DNA from: Ruminococcus sp.
GTDB lineage: Bacteria > Bacillota > Clostridia > Oscillospirales > Ruminococcaceae
Length of the DNA: 64,000 bases
NCBI GenBank assembly: GCA_024697545.1
Contig: JAILFN010000034.1
Coordinates: 14,831-78,830 of the forward strand
Direction: 5' to 3'
Shown: piece after piece, positions 7,585 to 17,771 of the stretch
How the letters are laid out: every line of letters begins with the position of its first letter
How positions within the stretch are numbered: position 1 is the first letter of the stretch
Made by a program: the position numbers and the translations under genes
Notes under the pieces: generated by a model
What the model was told of the DNA's origin: nothing
Databases searched by the model: none
What the model saw: only the letters and a program-made list of their open reading frames with translations

Positions 7585-10476
7585 TCACTTTTTTCTTTTT
7601 CTGAAACGTTTTTCAAATCCCGACCGTGGAATGAAGCTTTTAAGATCGGGCGCAGACAGGTCGTAAAGATATTCGCCCGCCTGATGTTCCTCCATCATAG
7701 GTGTAGCGTAGAAGCGCTCAACGCTCTGATATCCCGTCGGCACGAAAAATGCCACATCGAATCCGATGAGGTTGAGGTAAGCCGCCATGACCGCGTCCTC
7801 AAAGCTCGCCTGAGATTCTCCCGACTGGATATATATAAGCTTCGGGTTCAGCTTTGTAAAATCAAAATTCTGTATCATCCGCACGATGTACTCATCCATT
7901 CCGAGCACCGCCTCGATCACCCTGAACTCCTTGCCGCTGCCCGCGAAGGTACCGCGTATCACGCGGCTGTCCAGCAGCTGCTGAAGCTTGTTCAGCATAT
8001 ACTCCTGCGTTTCGGGGCGCAGGTATCGGTAGCGGAAGGCAGGGTCGTTGAGTATAACGTCCTTCCTCAGCTGTCCCCTGTCGAGGAAGCGTCTGCATGA
8101 GCGTTCAAGATCGGGGTCGTTCTGCCGCGAAGCGTAAGGCGCGTGTGAAACTAAAACGGTATCGGGGGTCATCATATAGAATATGCTCTCCCAGTACTCG
8201 TCTATATCGCCGTCCTTAACGCCCGATATCTTTGAGAACACGACGGGCATATTTACAACATCTCCGTCGATGCTGAAATTCGGGCGGTATTTAAGCTCTT
8301 CCTTCCAGAATATACCTATCTCCTCGTACATGGTTTTAAGGGTTATGGAATTTGCCCTTTTATACTGTCTGTCGCGGTAAAGCCCCGAATCCTCGTAGAG
8401 CAGAGAATCAAGCTCACGTTCAGCGTGGTAAGCCGCCGTGCCTACTCTTGCCATTGAAGGGTCGGTGGGGAAGCGGTCGGCTTCAAGGAAATCGGTGTGC
8501 TCCTCTGTCATAAGGCACGGGTCTGTGAGGCAGCAGTTCATGTCATACCCCGGCACAAGTATCAGCACATCTGTCGGCAGGTCGGCGAGCAGGCGCAGGA
8601 ACATTGCTTGCTGCACGGTCTTGCAGCCGCCCATGAATATGAACGCCCCCACCTGCGGCATCTGCCACGCGGGGAAAAGCTCTGTCATATATCTTGTCAG
8701 CCAGCATACAAGGTGTATGCCGTCCGAGCATAGCTCCCTCAGCCCGCAGACGGAAGCTCTTTCCTTCATGATCTTTGTAAAGCTGTTCGCCATCAGCCAT
8801 TGCAGCCCCGGCTCCAGACCGTACTGTATCTTCGCCGCCATCTCGGATATCAGCTGCTCGACGTTCTCATAGGTGCCGCCGCGCAGCTTCATGCTCTCGG
8901 CATTGGTGGGCTCGGGGATACTCCCGCTAACGGCAACTACTCCGCGGCCGCTGCGTTTTAGTCCCGAATATATGTCGTAAAGGTCACGGAGGTAAGTCCC
9001 CCTGTCCGCTACGCCGTGTACCCGCATAAAGATATTATAGAACCTGCGGTGATCTCCGCCGCGCTGTGCGGGCGGTACGGCGATGCTTTCAAGTGCGCCC
9101 GATGACGACCACTGATTTGTGCAGGCGCTGTATATGAACGTCCTGCCCTCTCGGTAGCGGCGAAGCTCATCGGCTCGTCCCGCGCGCAGGGCTTTAAGGC
9201 TGTAGCCCTCGGGGAAAGCCCTCATGCCCGCTATGACGAGCGTATCGGATATCTCCGACGCGGGGTCGGCGGCAAGATAGCGTTCTTCGCCATCGTAAAG
9301 AAGCAGCACGACATCGCAGCCTGCGTCAGAAATGATATTCAGCATCATCAGCTCATCAAGATCGGGTGCGCCCTCGCAGAGTATCTTGGGAAGATCCTCC
9401 TCACCGAGATGGCTGACAGGCAGCTTAAAGTCGCGGTATATCCAGCACATGAACTTGATGAAGCTGTTTCTGAGCTCCGTTTCCGAAAGTCCGCGTGCCG
9501 ACATGATGTTCATGGTGTTATACACCGAACGGGCAAGCCGTCTGCGGCGGACGGGCTCAAGCTTCGGCAGCCAGTTCACCATGCTTCTGACAAAGAAGTC
9601 CTCCGCTGTGCTGAAGCCCCTGCCTATCACGTTCTCGTAATGCAGCAGCGCCTCGTTATCGGGGGGCGGGAGCTTTGAGTCTATCACAATGCCGCGCATC
9701 TCCGCAGCCTCGCAGAAGCTGCCTATAAAGCGTCCTATCTCTGAATTGTAGCCGCTGATACGGTAGAAATAAACATTAGCGCCCGAGCGTTTTGTGCGCT
9801 TCTTGAAAAAGTCATCAAGCTGTATCAGGCGGGTGTGTTCGTATATCTCAGGCTCGGCGCGGAACTTATCCGCGGGCGCGGGCTTGTTCGCGGTATCGGG
9901 CTTCGGGGGCGGGGGAGTGTAAGGCGGGACGCTCCGCGAACGGCGGTTCTTCTCATCGGTATAGCGTTCGCCGTTGTAGTAGCCCTTCGGGTTGTTGTGT
10001 ACGGGAGCGCCGCGCATAAGCGGTGTGGCGTTCCTTTTTATGCCGAAGCTCTGATCGTGCGTCTGAACGAAGCTGCCGTTCTGCGGGGGGATATATCCCG
10101 AGATGCTGTCGCTCAGCCGCGAGGGGTCAGGACCGTAATCGTGAGCGATCTGCTGACGCAGGTCGTTATCTATCATATTTGTGACGGCATCAAGGCGGAT
10201 AAGGTATTCCTGCCTTACCGCAAGGGATTTTATGAACGCCGCCAGCCATCCGCCCAGTGAGAGCGCCAGCGTGATCTTTGAGAGCCCGAAGACCAGAGGT
10301 ATGCCGAACTGAACGGCAGAGATACCAAGCCCCTCAGCTATCCATCTATTCATTTTTGCCTTTGCGCCCGCGAACATAAGTGCAGGTCCGCTCAGACCGA
10401 GAGCCGATGGTATCAGCCAGCCCGATTGCCTGCGCTCCCAGTCCTTTCCGCGCGGGGTTATAGATGTCTCACGCAT
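7585..10476 (-). CDS. YceG-family protein with N-terminal membrane domain
   Basis: Repeated YceG-like modules (FYRISG...FIKFMCW...GCDVVLL; TAAYHAERELD; LKTMYEEI; GFDVAFFVPTGY); upstream of telA as in yceG-yceH loci. Confidence 0.7.
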   Translation of the reverse strand: MRETSITPRGKDWERRQSGWLIPSALGLSGPALMFAGAKAKMNRWIAEGLGISAVQFGIPLVFGLSKITLALSLGGWLAAFIKSLAVRQEYLIRLDAVTNMIDNDLRQQIAHDYGPDPSRLSDSISGYIPPQNGSFVQTHDQSFGIKRNATPLMRGAPVHNNPKGYYNGERYTDEKNRRSRSVPPYTPPPPKPDTANKPAPADKFRAEPEIYEHTRLIQLDDFFKKRTKRSGANVYFYRISGYNSEIGRFIGSFCEAAEMRGIVIDSKLPPPDNEALLHYENVIGRGFSTAEDFFVRSMVNWLPKLEPVRRRRLARSVYNTMNIMSARGLSETELRNSFIKFMCWIYRDFKLPVSHLGEEDLPKILCEGAPDLDELMMLNIISDAGCDVVLLLYDGEERYLAADPASEISDTLVIAGMRAFPEGYSLKALRAGRADELRRYREGRTFIYSACTNQWSSSGALESIAVPPAQRGGDHRRFYNIFMRVHGVADRGTYLRDLYDIYSGLKRSGRGVVAVSGSIPEPTNAESMKLRGGTYENVEQLISEMAAKIQYGLEPGLQWLMANSFTKIMKERASVCGLRELCSDGIHLVCWLTRYMTELFPAWQMPQVGAFIFMGGCKTVQQAMFLRLLADLPTDVLILVPGYDMNCCLTDPCLMTEEHTDFLEADRFPTDPSMARVGTAAYHAERELDSLLYEDSGLYRDRQYKRANSITLKTMYEEIGIFWKEELKYRPNFSIDGDVVNMPVVFSKISGVKDGDIDEYWESIFYMMTPDTVLVSHAPYASRQNDPDLERSCRRFLDRGQLRKDVILNDPAFRYRYLRPETQEYMLNKLQQLLDSRVIRGTFAGSGKEFRVIEAVLGMDEYIVRMIQNFDFTKLNPKLIYIQSGESQASFEDAVMAAYLNLIGFDVAFFVPTGYQSVERFYATPMMEEHQAGEYLYDLSAPDLKSFIPRSGFEKRFRKRKK

Positions 10477-10536
10477 AGCGATGCTCCTTTTTGCGAATGA
10501 TACAGCGCATTCCGCGCAGTATTTCCATACATATAA

Positions 10537-10565
10537 ATTATATCATACACTTAATGTATTGTCAA
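10537..10565 (-). promoter_or_regulatory. sigma-A promoter for yceG-like operon
   Basis: Perfect TTGACA-17 bp-TATAAT on minus strand. Confidence 0.75.
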
Positions 10566-10597
10566 TATTCACATCAAGTATTAATACCCTGAGGGCG

Positions 10598-10632
10598 GAA
10601 AAAAAGAGCTGTCGCATCTTCGCAACAGCTCT
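10598..10632 (-). terminator. intrinsic terminator after DAHP synthase
   Basis: AGAGCTGTTGCG-loop-TGCGACAGCTCT followed by T-run on minus strand. Confidence 0.65.
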
Positions 10633-10637
10633 CGTAT

Positions 10638-11678
10638 TTACATTCCCGCAAGGATATCCGCGAGTTCGAGTATAAGCTTTTCGGTCTTTTCCCAGCCGAG
10701 GCAGGGGTCGGTGATGGACTTGCCGTAGCAGCCCTCGCCTATCTTCTGTGCGCCGTCCTCGATGTAGCTCTCGATCATCAGACCCTTGACGAGCTTGTGA
10801 ATGTCCTCGGAGTGCTTCATCGAGTGCAGCACCTCCTTGGCGATGCGTATCTGTTCGAGGTACAGCTTGCCCGAGTTTGCATGGTTGCAGTCGATGATGG
10901 CAGCGGGGTTTTGGAAATCGCGCTTTGCATAAAGCTCGCTGAGCGCCCTGAGATCCTCATAGTGATAGTTGGGGAGCGAAGTGCCGTGCTTGTTGACATA
11001 GCCGCGCATGATAACGTGTGCGAGTGGATTGCCCTTGGTGTGTACCTCCCAGCCGCGGTAGAGGAAGGTATGCTGAGCCTGAGCCGCGACGAGAGAATTC
11101 ATCATAACGCTGAGGTCGCCGCCTGTGGGGTTCTTCATGCCCACAGGTATCGAAAGGCCGCTGGCGGTAAGTCTGTGCTGCTGATCCTCTACCGAGCGCG
11201 CGCCGATAGCGACGTATGAAAGAATATCACTGAGGTAGCGGTGGTTCTCGGGGTAAAGCATCTCATCGGCGCAGGTAAGACCTGTCTCTGCGACAGCGCG
11301 GGTGTGCATATCGCGGATAGCGATAAGACCCTCGAGCATATCCTCCTTCTTGTTGGGGTCGGGCTGATGCACCATGCCCTTGTAGCCCTCACCTGTGGTG
11401 CGGGGCTTGTTGGTATAGATGCGGGGGATAATGATGATCTGATCCTTTACCTTATCGGCAACGCCTGCCAGACGGTTGACGTAATCGAGAACGGCGTCCT
11501 CGCGGTCGGCGGAGCAGGGTCCGATTATAAGCAGGAACTTGTCCGACTCTCCCTTGAAGACCTCTGCGATCTCCTTATCGCGGCGCTCCTTGACAGCCTT
11601 GATCTCATCGGATACAGGGAAGCGTTCCTTGATATCCTTTGGCACAGGCAGTTTTCTGATGAATTCCATGTTGTTCAT
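10638..11678 (-). CDS. aroF: 3-deoxy-7-phosphoheptulonate (DAHP) synthase, class I
   Basis: IIGPCS, KPRTTGEGYKG, IGARS, GMKNPT, DCNHANS, KSITDPCLGW. Confidence 0.9.
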   Translation of the reverse strand: MNNMEFIRKLPVPKDIKERFPVSDEIKAVKERRDKEIAEVFKGESDKFLLIIGPCSADREDAVLDYVNRLAGVADKVKDQIIIIPRIYTNKPRTTGEGYKGMVHQPDPNKKEDMLEGLIAIRDMHTRAVAETGLTCADEMLYPENHRYLSDILSYVAIGARSVEDQQHRLTASGLSIPVGMKNPTGGDLSVMMNSLVAAQAQHTFLYRGWEVHTKGNPLAHVIMRGYVNKHGTSLPNYHYEDLRALSELYAKRDFQNPAAIIDCNHANSGKLYLEQIRIAKEVLHSMKHSEDIHKLVKGLMIESYIEDGAQKIGEGCYGKSITDPCLGWEKTEKLILELADILAGM

Positions 11679-11784
11679 AATGATTTTCCTTTCATATTTG
11701 ATTTTTGTCTTTTAATTTTGGGCTTTTAAGCATTAAAGCGGCGGCTCCAAATTTCAGCGCGGAGTTTTTCCGCGCCGAGATATA

Positions 11785-13674
11785 TCAGTGCTCTTTGAAA
11801 TAATTGGTATAAAGCACGAGGTTGTTTACCTCGATCCTTTGACGCACCAGTGCGTTCATGCGTTCTATGTAGTCGTCCTCGATCTCATCACCCTCGACAA
11901 AGACCTCCTTGACACCGCCGCCGACATAGCTGCATCTGTCTGTCACCCAGTCGAATGAGGGCGCATAAGCCAGCCCCTCAGAGTCCGAGAAGATATCATT
12001 ACCGACAAACCTATTGTCATTTTCAAGTCCGAACATATTTGCAACGGTCGGAAGTATATCAACATTACTGCAAGTCTTTTGCACCTTCTGAGGAGTTATA
12101 CCATCGGTGTAGATGAAGAAAGGTATGTTCTGAACCTCAAGTATCTCGTTGTCCGAGGCATTCTCAAGGGTTTCAAGACAAGCGTGATCTGCAACGAACA
12201 GCAAGACCGTGTCTTTTATCGAGCCGTCCTGCTCCATGCGTTCAATGAGCCTTCCCGCCATATCGTCTGTCAGCAGGGCATACGCCTTGTACACCTCCAT
12301 GGGATCGTTCTGATCGAAGGTATAGTCGGGATGCCTTTCCCTGAGCATTGTGTAGCGGTTGTTTACATCCATATCCTTAACTGTATCGGGGGAATATGGG
12401 GGATGTGCGGAATAGCCCACGAAATAGTGCATAAAAGAACCATCGGGAACAAATGCGCTGTACACGTTATCATCGTCCGCAAGAAAATAATCATCCTCAA
12501 AAAGGTGCTTCTCATCTGTAAGCTCATACAGCGGATAGAAATGATCGTATCCGAAAGCTTTCTCAGTCTTGTCGCGGTTATAGAAATCCGGACCGTTTTT
12601 ATGGAAAACAGCAGTCGAAACGCCCTGAGCTTTGAACAGACGGGCGAGCGAATTTGAGAAAACTATGTTATCAATACCCATAGAAGCCGAAAGATCTGTG
12701 GTGGCGTAGAACCCTGTATTCACTGCCATCTCATTGCCGATCGTCGGCTCCGAACCAAATGCAGTGCCGTAATAATTTTCAAAGACCATGCTCTTGTCGT
12801 ATATCTTTTTAAGCTCCTTACAGTGTCCCGAAGTTATGAGGTCGGTATTAAAGCTTTCAAGCTGTATCACGAGCAGGTTCTTGCCCTTGAATACTTCCGT
12901 CATATAGTTGTCTGTATGTTCGGGCCGCTCATCAAAAAACTGCGTAACTTTATAAAGATCCTCTTCTGCGCGCTTTTTTGCTAATACCATACTCTCAATG
13001 TCGTAGTAGGCGTAATAGTAAAGGTCGCTGTCGAGATATACACAGTTGTTGTCGATAAAATTATGTATGGCGTAATAATGATTTGAAAGCTTATCAATAG
13101 TCCTGAACGGAGATATCAGAACAAAGCAGCAGGCACAGACCGCAGCGGCAGCTATGCTTATACATCTGAGCGGCTTGCCGTAACTGTCTTTTCCGGGGAA
13201 GTGGGCTTTTCTGTACAGCACTCTCTCTATCACCGCTGCTGCGAAGAGCATGACGGCGAACGAAGCGTATACAAAAACCGGAAGTGCTGCAAATACCGAG
13301 CCCGCAAAATGAATGGCGTCCTTTCCCGTAAACACATTTATGAACCGCACCATTTTTCCGTTTGAACTCAACACAACAAGTTGTGTGAAGCCGTACACCA
13401 GCCAGAATAGTGAGACAAGACCGAATGCCACGCGCTGTCCCTTCTTCGGGAATGCGAATATCAGCGCTCCCACAGCCAGAGCAGATAACCATGAACTGTG
13501 AGTCAGATAGACTATATCAAAGTAGCCGTTTCTTATCATCAGGTAGAGTATGCCGTAAATAGTGTCAAGCAGAAAAAAGTAAATGAAGTAGACGATGAAC
13601 GGGCTTACAGCTGCAGTGATCCTCATCTCCTTCGTCTTTTGGTCAAACCGCTCATTCAGACTTTTAATATCCAT
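11785..13674 (-). CDS. LTA synthase/sulfatase-family membrane protein
   Basis: About 5 N-terminal TMs, then KGKNLLVIQLESF, catalytic Thr region (EPTIGNE), SAHPPY, FVADH, DILPT. Confidence 0.8.
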   Translation of the reverse strand: MDIKSLNERFDQKTKEMRITAAVSPFIVYFIYFFLLDTIYGILYLMIRNGYFDIVYLTHSSWLSALAVGALIFAFPKKGQRVAFGLVSLFWLVYGFTQLVVLSSNGKMVRFINVFTGKDAIHFAGSVFAALPVFVYASFAVMLFAAAVIERVLYRKAHFPGKDSYGKPLRCISIAAAAVCACCFVLISPFRTIDKLSNHYYAIHNFIDNNCVYLDSDLYYYAYYDIESMVLAKKRAEEDLYKVTQFFDERPEHTDNYMTEVFKGKNLLVIQLESFNTDLITSGHCKELKKIYDKSMVFENYYGTAFGSEPTIGNEMAVNTGFYATTDLSASMGIDNIVFSNSLARLFKAQGVSTAVFHKNGPDFYNRDKTEKAFGYDHFYPLYELTDEKHLFEDDYFLADDDNVYSAFVPDGSFMHYFVGYSAHPPYSPDTVKDMDVNNRYTMLRERHPDYTFDQNDPMEVYKAYALLTDDMAGRLIERMEQDGSIKDTVLLFVADHACLETLENASDNEILEVQNIPFFIYTDGITPQKVQKTCSNVDILPTVANMFGLENDNRFVGNDIFSDSEGLAYAPSFDWVTDRCSYVGGGVKEVFVEGDEIEDDYIERMNALVRQRIEVNNLVLYTNYFKEH

Positions 13675-13683
13675 ATTTCACCA

Positions 13684-15141
13684 TCAAAGCTCGACCGGCT
13701 CGAACCTTATGCGGATATCGGGGAGCTTTTCCACGGTTGACCAGCAGTTGAGCAGTCCGCCCTCGACCGAAAGGTCGTTCTCGCCCGAAGCAGGCGGTGC
13801 GAAGATGCGAAGCGTCAGGTCAGCCTCGCCCTCCAGCGGCTTCTCGAAGAATGCGCTCATAAGGTCGATGGTGCGAGCCTTCGGGCTCTTGTAGAACCAC
13901 TTGCCGTTTATCTCCATCATAAGGTTGCTGTCATCGTCGAATGTCACCTCGCAGAAGTGCGGGTTCTTTTCAAAATGCAGCGGGATCTCTATGCCCTCCG
14001 CGTCCTCTGAACCGCCCCAGCGCAGCTTTGCGGGGAACTGTATCTCATCGCCGCGGGTCATTGAGGGCTTGAAGAAATCATCGTGGATTATCTCTTTATA
14101 TGTCTGCATCAGCGGCTGCTCGATACCGCAGTCGGAGTAGTTGGGGTCTTCGATCTCAAGACCCAGTCTGCCGCGGTCGCGGAACTGATACATGGTGAAT
14201 GCGTTGAACCAGCCCTCCTCGGGGTCGGCTTTGAGCATATCGCAGAATTCCTTTACCATAGCCGCCTGATCGTAAGGACCCGTAACATCGCCGTCGGCAT
14301 TGAGCTCGCTCATTACCATAGGCTTCTCAACGCCGCCGTTGAGCTCAGTAAGGCGCTTGTATGTGCGCTTTGTCATATCATATATGTCCTTTATTTTAGA
14401 GCGGCTATGGGTAGTCTCTGAGGGTGTGCCGCCGCCCTGATTGCGCTCTGCAACGTCATAGGGCCAGCCCCAGTGCAGTGCGAAATACTTGTCTATGCTC
14501 CAGACATCGGTGCATTTGAAAGCATCGAGGAACTCGTCCTCCATCACAAGTCTGCCCTTGCTGTCGTCGATCTCGCAGGCGCAGAGGATAGTAGTGACGT
14601 TGGGCGCGTGCTCCTTTAATATATTATGGAAGCGGCAGTAGAACTGCGCGACCTCGGCGTAGGTGGCACGCTTTGTAAAGCTGAACCAGTTGCCCGTTGC
14701 CTCGTGGTTTATCCTGAGCAGCATACGTCCGAAGGGCTTGAGGTCCTTTGCTATGGCGATGAGGTGCTCGTCGGAAACATTGGGGTCAATGGTAAGGGTC
14801 AGCACGACCTCCTGACCGTGGCGGCGCACATCGCGCATATAGGTGAAAGGCTCGTCATCGGTATTTCCGTTCAGACCGCCCTTGTAGGTGAAGTAATCAT
14901 CGTATGGGTAATCCCATGCAAAGGATACCTCCATATCCTTGCAGGCTTCGGATATACGCGCGGGAAATTCCTTATCCAGCGGATAGTAGCAGTACATAAG
15001 GCTGATACCTCTGTGAGGTCTGCCGAGCTTGTGGAGTATGTAATCCTGGTTTACATATTCGCCTCTTTCCGAGCCGTCGCCAAGATCCACCGCACACTTA
15101 GCGGGTCCCATATGTACGGCATATGCTTTAAGTTCCTTCAT
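13684..15141 (-). CDS. glycoside hydrolase family 26-like protein (no signal peptide)
   Basis: LRINHEATGNWF acid/base motif and KPMVMSE nucleophile motif of GH26. Confidence 0.65.
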   Translation of the reverse strand: MKELKAYAVHMGPAKCAVDLGDGSERGEYVNQDYILHKLGRPHRGISLMYCYYPLDKEFPARISEACKDMEVSFAWDYPYDDYFTYKGGLNGNTDDEPFTYMRDVRRHGQEVVLTLTIDPNVSDEHLIAIAKDLKPFGRMLLRINHEATGNWFSFTKRATYAEVAQFYCRFHNILKEHAPNVTTILCACEIDDSKGRLVMEDEFLDAFKCTDVWSIDKYFALHWGWPYDVAERNQGGGTPSETTHSRSKIKDIYDMTKRTYKRLTELNGGVEKPMVMSELNADGDVTGPYDQAAMVKEFCDMLKADPEEGWFNAFTMYQFRDRGRLGLEIEDPNYSDCGIEQPLMQTYKEIIHDDFFKPSMTRGDEIQFPAKLRWGGSEDAEGIEIPLHFEKNPHFCEVTFDDDSNLMMEINGKWFYKSPKARTIDLMSAFFEKPLEGEADLTLRIFAPPASGENDLSVEGGLLNCWSTVEKLPDIRIRFEPVEL

Positions 15142-15206
15142 TTTAATTCCTCCTGTTGTTTAGATCAACACCGCACAACCGGTGCCGAGCAGCTTTGTCT
15201 CGGGCA

Positions 15207-16313
15207 TTATTCCGAAACTATCTGTTCGTTTATTATATCGAACTGCTTTGCAAGCTTATGGAAGACCTTGTCGCTTTCCTTTGTCTCGGGCTCCTGATTG
15301 GTCATTATTATCAGCACGAACGGCTGCTCTGCAAAGCAGATGGCGCAGTCATGATAGCATTTCTGATCCCAGTCGGAGCCGTATTTGTGTGCGACGGGAT
15401 ACTTGTCCGAAAGCTGTGCCGTTATCTGCGATTCAAGCTCTGTCTTTGTCATGAGCTTTATGAGCCACTTGCCGCGCTCACTCTTTACGGAGTATTTGTA
15501 TATATCCACATACTGTTTCAGCAGGTCGTTCGCCGTGCCGTAATTGAATATCCAGCTGCTCCCGAGGTCGTACCCTACGCCAAGCTCGGCGCACTTGTTG
15601 TTGAAGCTCGTGTAGCCGTATGTATTTACAAGGTTGTAGTAGGCGCTGTTGTCAGACTGCGTGATCGCGAGCCTTATCAGCTCCTTTGTGGTATAGGTCT
15701 TTCCGATTCCGCCCTGTGCGACCTCGCCGCCGTCATCGTCCCAGAGCACCGATATCGTTATCTCATCCTCGGGGTCTACCTTCTTTTCCAGCAGATTCGC
15801 GCAGAAGGGCGCCTTGACGGTCGAGCATAAGCCGTACTTTGTATCGGCGTTATATGTAATGACTGTACCCGTACAGAGGTTCTTGTAAGCAAAGCTTATA
15901 GTCCCGCCGTAGTCATCGCAGATATCATCGAGCTTTGAAAAAGCCTTCTTTATCTTGGTATTCGAGTAGACCTTATGCGAAAATTTCGTGATGCCGAACC
16001 TGTGCCCGTCAAGGACACCGTCCTGAAGACCGACGGGCTTGGGCGGTGCGGTCGTAGTCGCCTCGGTGGTAGTTTCGGGAGGTGGGGCAGTAGTCTCTGC
16101 CGTTTCAGCGGTCTCTTCGGTCTGCTCTTCCGTAACAGCCTCCTCGGGGGAGTCGGTATAACTATATTCAGTCGGGACATAATCCGCCTTGCGTTCAAAA
16201 TCCGCCGCAGCGTGTCCGCAGGAACAAAGGCAGAGCGCCATGATAAAAGCCGCCGCCCGCTTCGCCCTATTACCAATTTTTATAAAATTATTATGCAAAA
16301 GAAAACCACACAT
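15207..16313 (-). CDS. serine hydrolase, class A beta-lactamase-like lipoprotein (probable cell-wall peptidase)
   Basis: Lipobox-like LCLCSC, Thr/Glu/Pro linker, SxxK (STVK), SDN, HKYG; exact start uncertain. Confidence 0.75.
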   Translation of the reverse strand: MCGFLLHNNFIKIGNRAKRAAAFIMALCLCSCGHAAADFERKADYVPTEYSYTDSPEEAVTEEQTEETAETAETTAPPPETTTEATTTAPPKPVGLQDGVLDGHRFGITKFSHKVYSNTKIKKAFSKLDDICDDYGGTISFAYKNLCTGTVITYNADTKYGLCSTVKAPFCANLLEKKVDPEDEITISVLWDDDGGEVAQGGIGKTYTTKELIRLAITQSDNSAYYNLVNTYGYTSFNNKCAELGVGYDLGSSWIFNYGTANDLLKQYVDIYKYSVKSERGKWLIKLMTKTELESQITAQLSDKYPVAHKYGSDWDQKCYHDCAICFAEQPFVLIIMTNQEPETKESDKVFHKLAKQFDIINEQIVSE

Positions 16314-16400
16314 CCCTCTATAAAAACAAACTTAAATACATTTTATCACACAATATTCAACTTGTCAACCTTTTTTTATTTCCAAACGCGCAGGATAAAG

Positions 16401-16436
16401 AAAGAGCTGTCGCATAATATGCAACAGCCCTTTTTT
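16401..16436. terminator. terminator ending the alpha operon
   Basis: GAGCTGTCGCAT/ATGCAACAGCCC stem 15 bp beyond the rplQ stop. Confidence 0.65.
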
Positions 16437-16451
16437 GAAGCTTAAACTAAA

Positions 16452-16793
16452 TTAAACCAGCGAGATGATAGCCATTTCAGCTGCATCGCCGCGACGGGGT
16501 CCGATCTTTACGATCTTGGTGTAACCGCCGTTTCTTCCCTCATAGGAAGGCGCGATCTCGTTAAACAGTCTGTTAGCAACAGACTCCTTAGTAACATAAG
16601 CGAAAACCTGTCTCTTGGAGTGCAGGTCACCAGCCTTGCCGAGGGTTATCATTTTCTCGGTCATAGCGCTGACTTCCTTAGCTCTGGTTACAGTAGTTTC
16701 AATCTTACCGTTTTCGAGAAGATATGTCACCATAGCTCTGAGCATTGCCTTTCTATGGTCGCTTGTTCTTCCCAGCTTTCTTGTGCCCGGCAT
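16452..16793 (-). CDS. rplQ: 50S ribosomal protein L17
   Basis: [15 protein letters not shown]...RNGGYTKI...RRGDAA. Confidence 0.97.
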   Translation of the reverse strand: MPGTRKLGRTSDHRKAMLRAMVTYLLENGKIETTVTRAKEVSAMTEKMITLGKAGDLHSKRQVFAYVTKESVANRLFNEIAPSYEGRNGGYTKIVKIGPRRGDAAEMAIISLV

Positions 16794-16811
16794 AGATCTT
16801 TCCTCCTTACT

Positions 16812-17771
16812 TTAATTATCTTCTTCGGAACTGAGGTCATAGCCCAGCGAGTGGAGCTTTTCCTTGACCTCGTCGAAAGACTTCTTGCCAAGGTTTCTGA
16901 CCTTCATCATTTCTTCTGCGGATTTTTCGATCAGATCGTTTACGGTGTTGATACCCGCACGCTTCAGGCAGTTGAAGGAACGAACCGAAAGATCCAGCTC
17001 TTCGATGGTCATTTCGAGTATCTTTTCCTTGCCCTTGTCGTCCTTTTCGACCATGATCTCAACCACGCTAGCCTCCTCAGAGAGATCCACAAAGAGGTTG
17101 AGGTGTTCACCCAGCAGCTTTGCTGCCATGGAAACAGCCTCCTTTGCGGATATGGTACCATCGGTCCATACCTCAAGAGTCAGCTTGTCATAATCGGTGA
17201 TCTGACCTACACGGGTGTTATCCACCGTGTAGTTCACCTTCAGCACAGGGGTGTAGATGCTGTCAACAGCGATAACACCGATAGGTGCGTTAGGTGTAAG
17301 AGACTTATTCTTCTCAGCAGATACATAACCTCTGCCTCGATCTATAACGATCTCCATATAAAGCTTTGCGCCCGCGCCGAGGGTAGCGATGTGCATATCG
17401 GGAACAAGGATATCCACTTCGGAGTCTGCCTTGATATCTCCCGCAGTGACTTCACACTCGCCCTCTGCTTCGATATAGATGGTCTTGGGACCTTCGCCGT
17501 AAAGCTTTGCTGTAAGTCCCTTGAGGTTCAGGATGATCTCGGTAACATCTTCCTTTACCCCGGGGATCGTTGTAAGCTCATGGTGTACGCCGTCTATCTT
17601 TACAGATGTAACAGCGACGCCGGGTAACGAGGAGAGCAGCACCCTTCTCAAGCTATTGCCCAGTGTAATACCGTAGCCACGCTCAAGCGGCTCAAGAACG
17701 AATCTACCATAGGTACCGTTGCTCTTAAGCTCTTCTGTTTCAATTTCAGGCTTTTCTATTTTTTCAAGCAT
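16812..17771 (-). CDS. rpoA: RNA polymerase alpha subunit
   Basis: [38 protein letters not shown]; start ATG 17771 behind GGAGG. Confidence 0.97.
   Translation of the reverse strand: MLEKIEKPEIETEELKSNGTYGRFVLEPLERGYGITLGNSLRRVLLSSLPGVAVTSVKIDGVHHELTTIPGVKEDVTEIILNLKGLTAKLYGEGPKTIYIEAEGECEVTAGDIKADSEVDILVPDMHIATLGAGAKLYMEIVIDRGRGYVSAEKNKSLTPNAPIGVIAVDSIYTPVLKVNYTVDNTRVGQITDYDKLTLEVWTDGTISAKEAVSMAAKLLGEHLNLFVDLSEEASVVEIMVEKDDKGKEKILEMTIEELDLSVRSFNCLKRAGINTVNDLIEKSAEEMMKVRNLGKKSFDEVKEKLHSLGYDLSSEEDN

Noticed and set aside
15207-16313. Acquired beta-lactam resistance gene
   Set aside because: SxxK/SDN/KxG fold is shared with cell-wall peptidases; no clear omega-loop ExxLN and no mobile context
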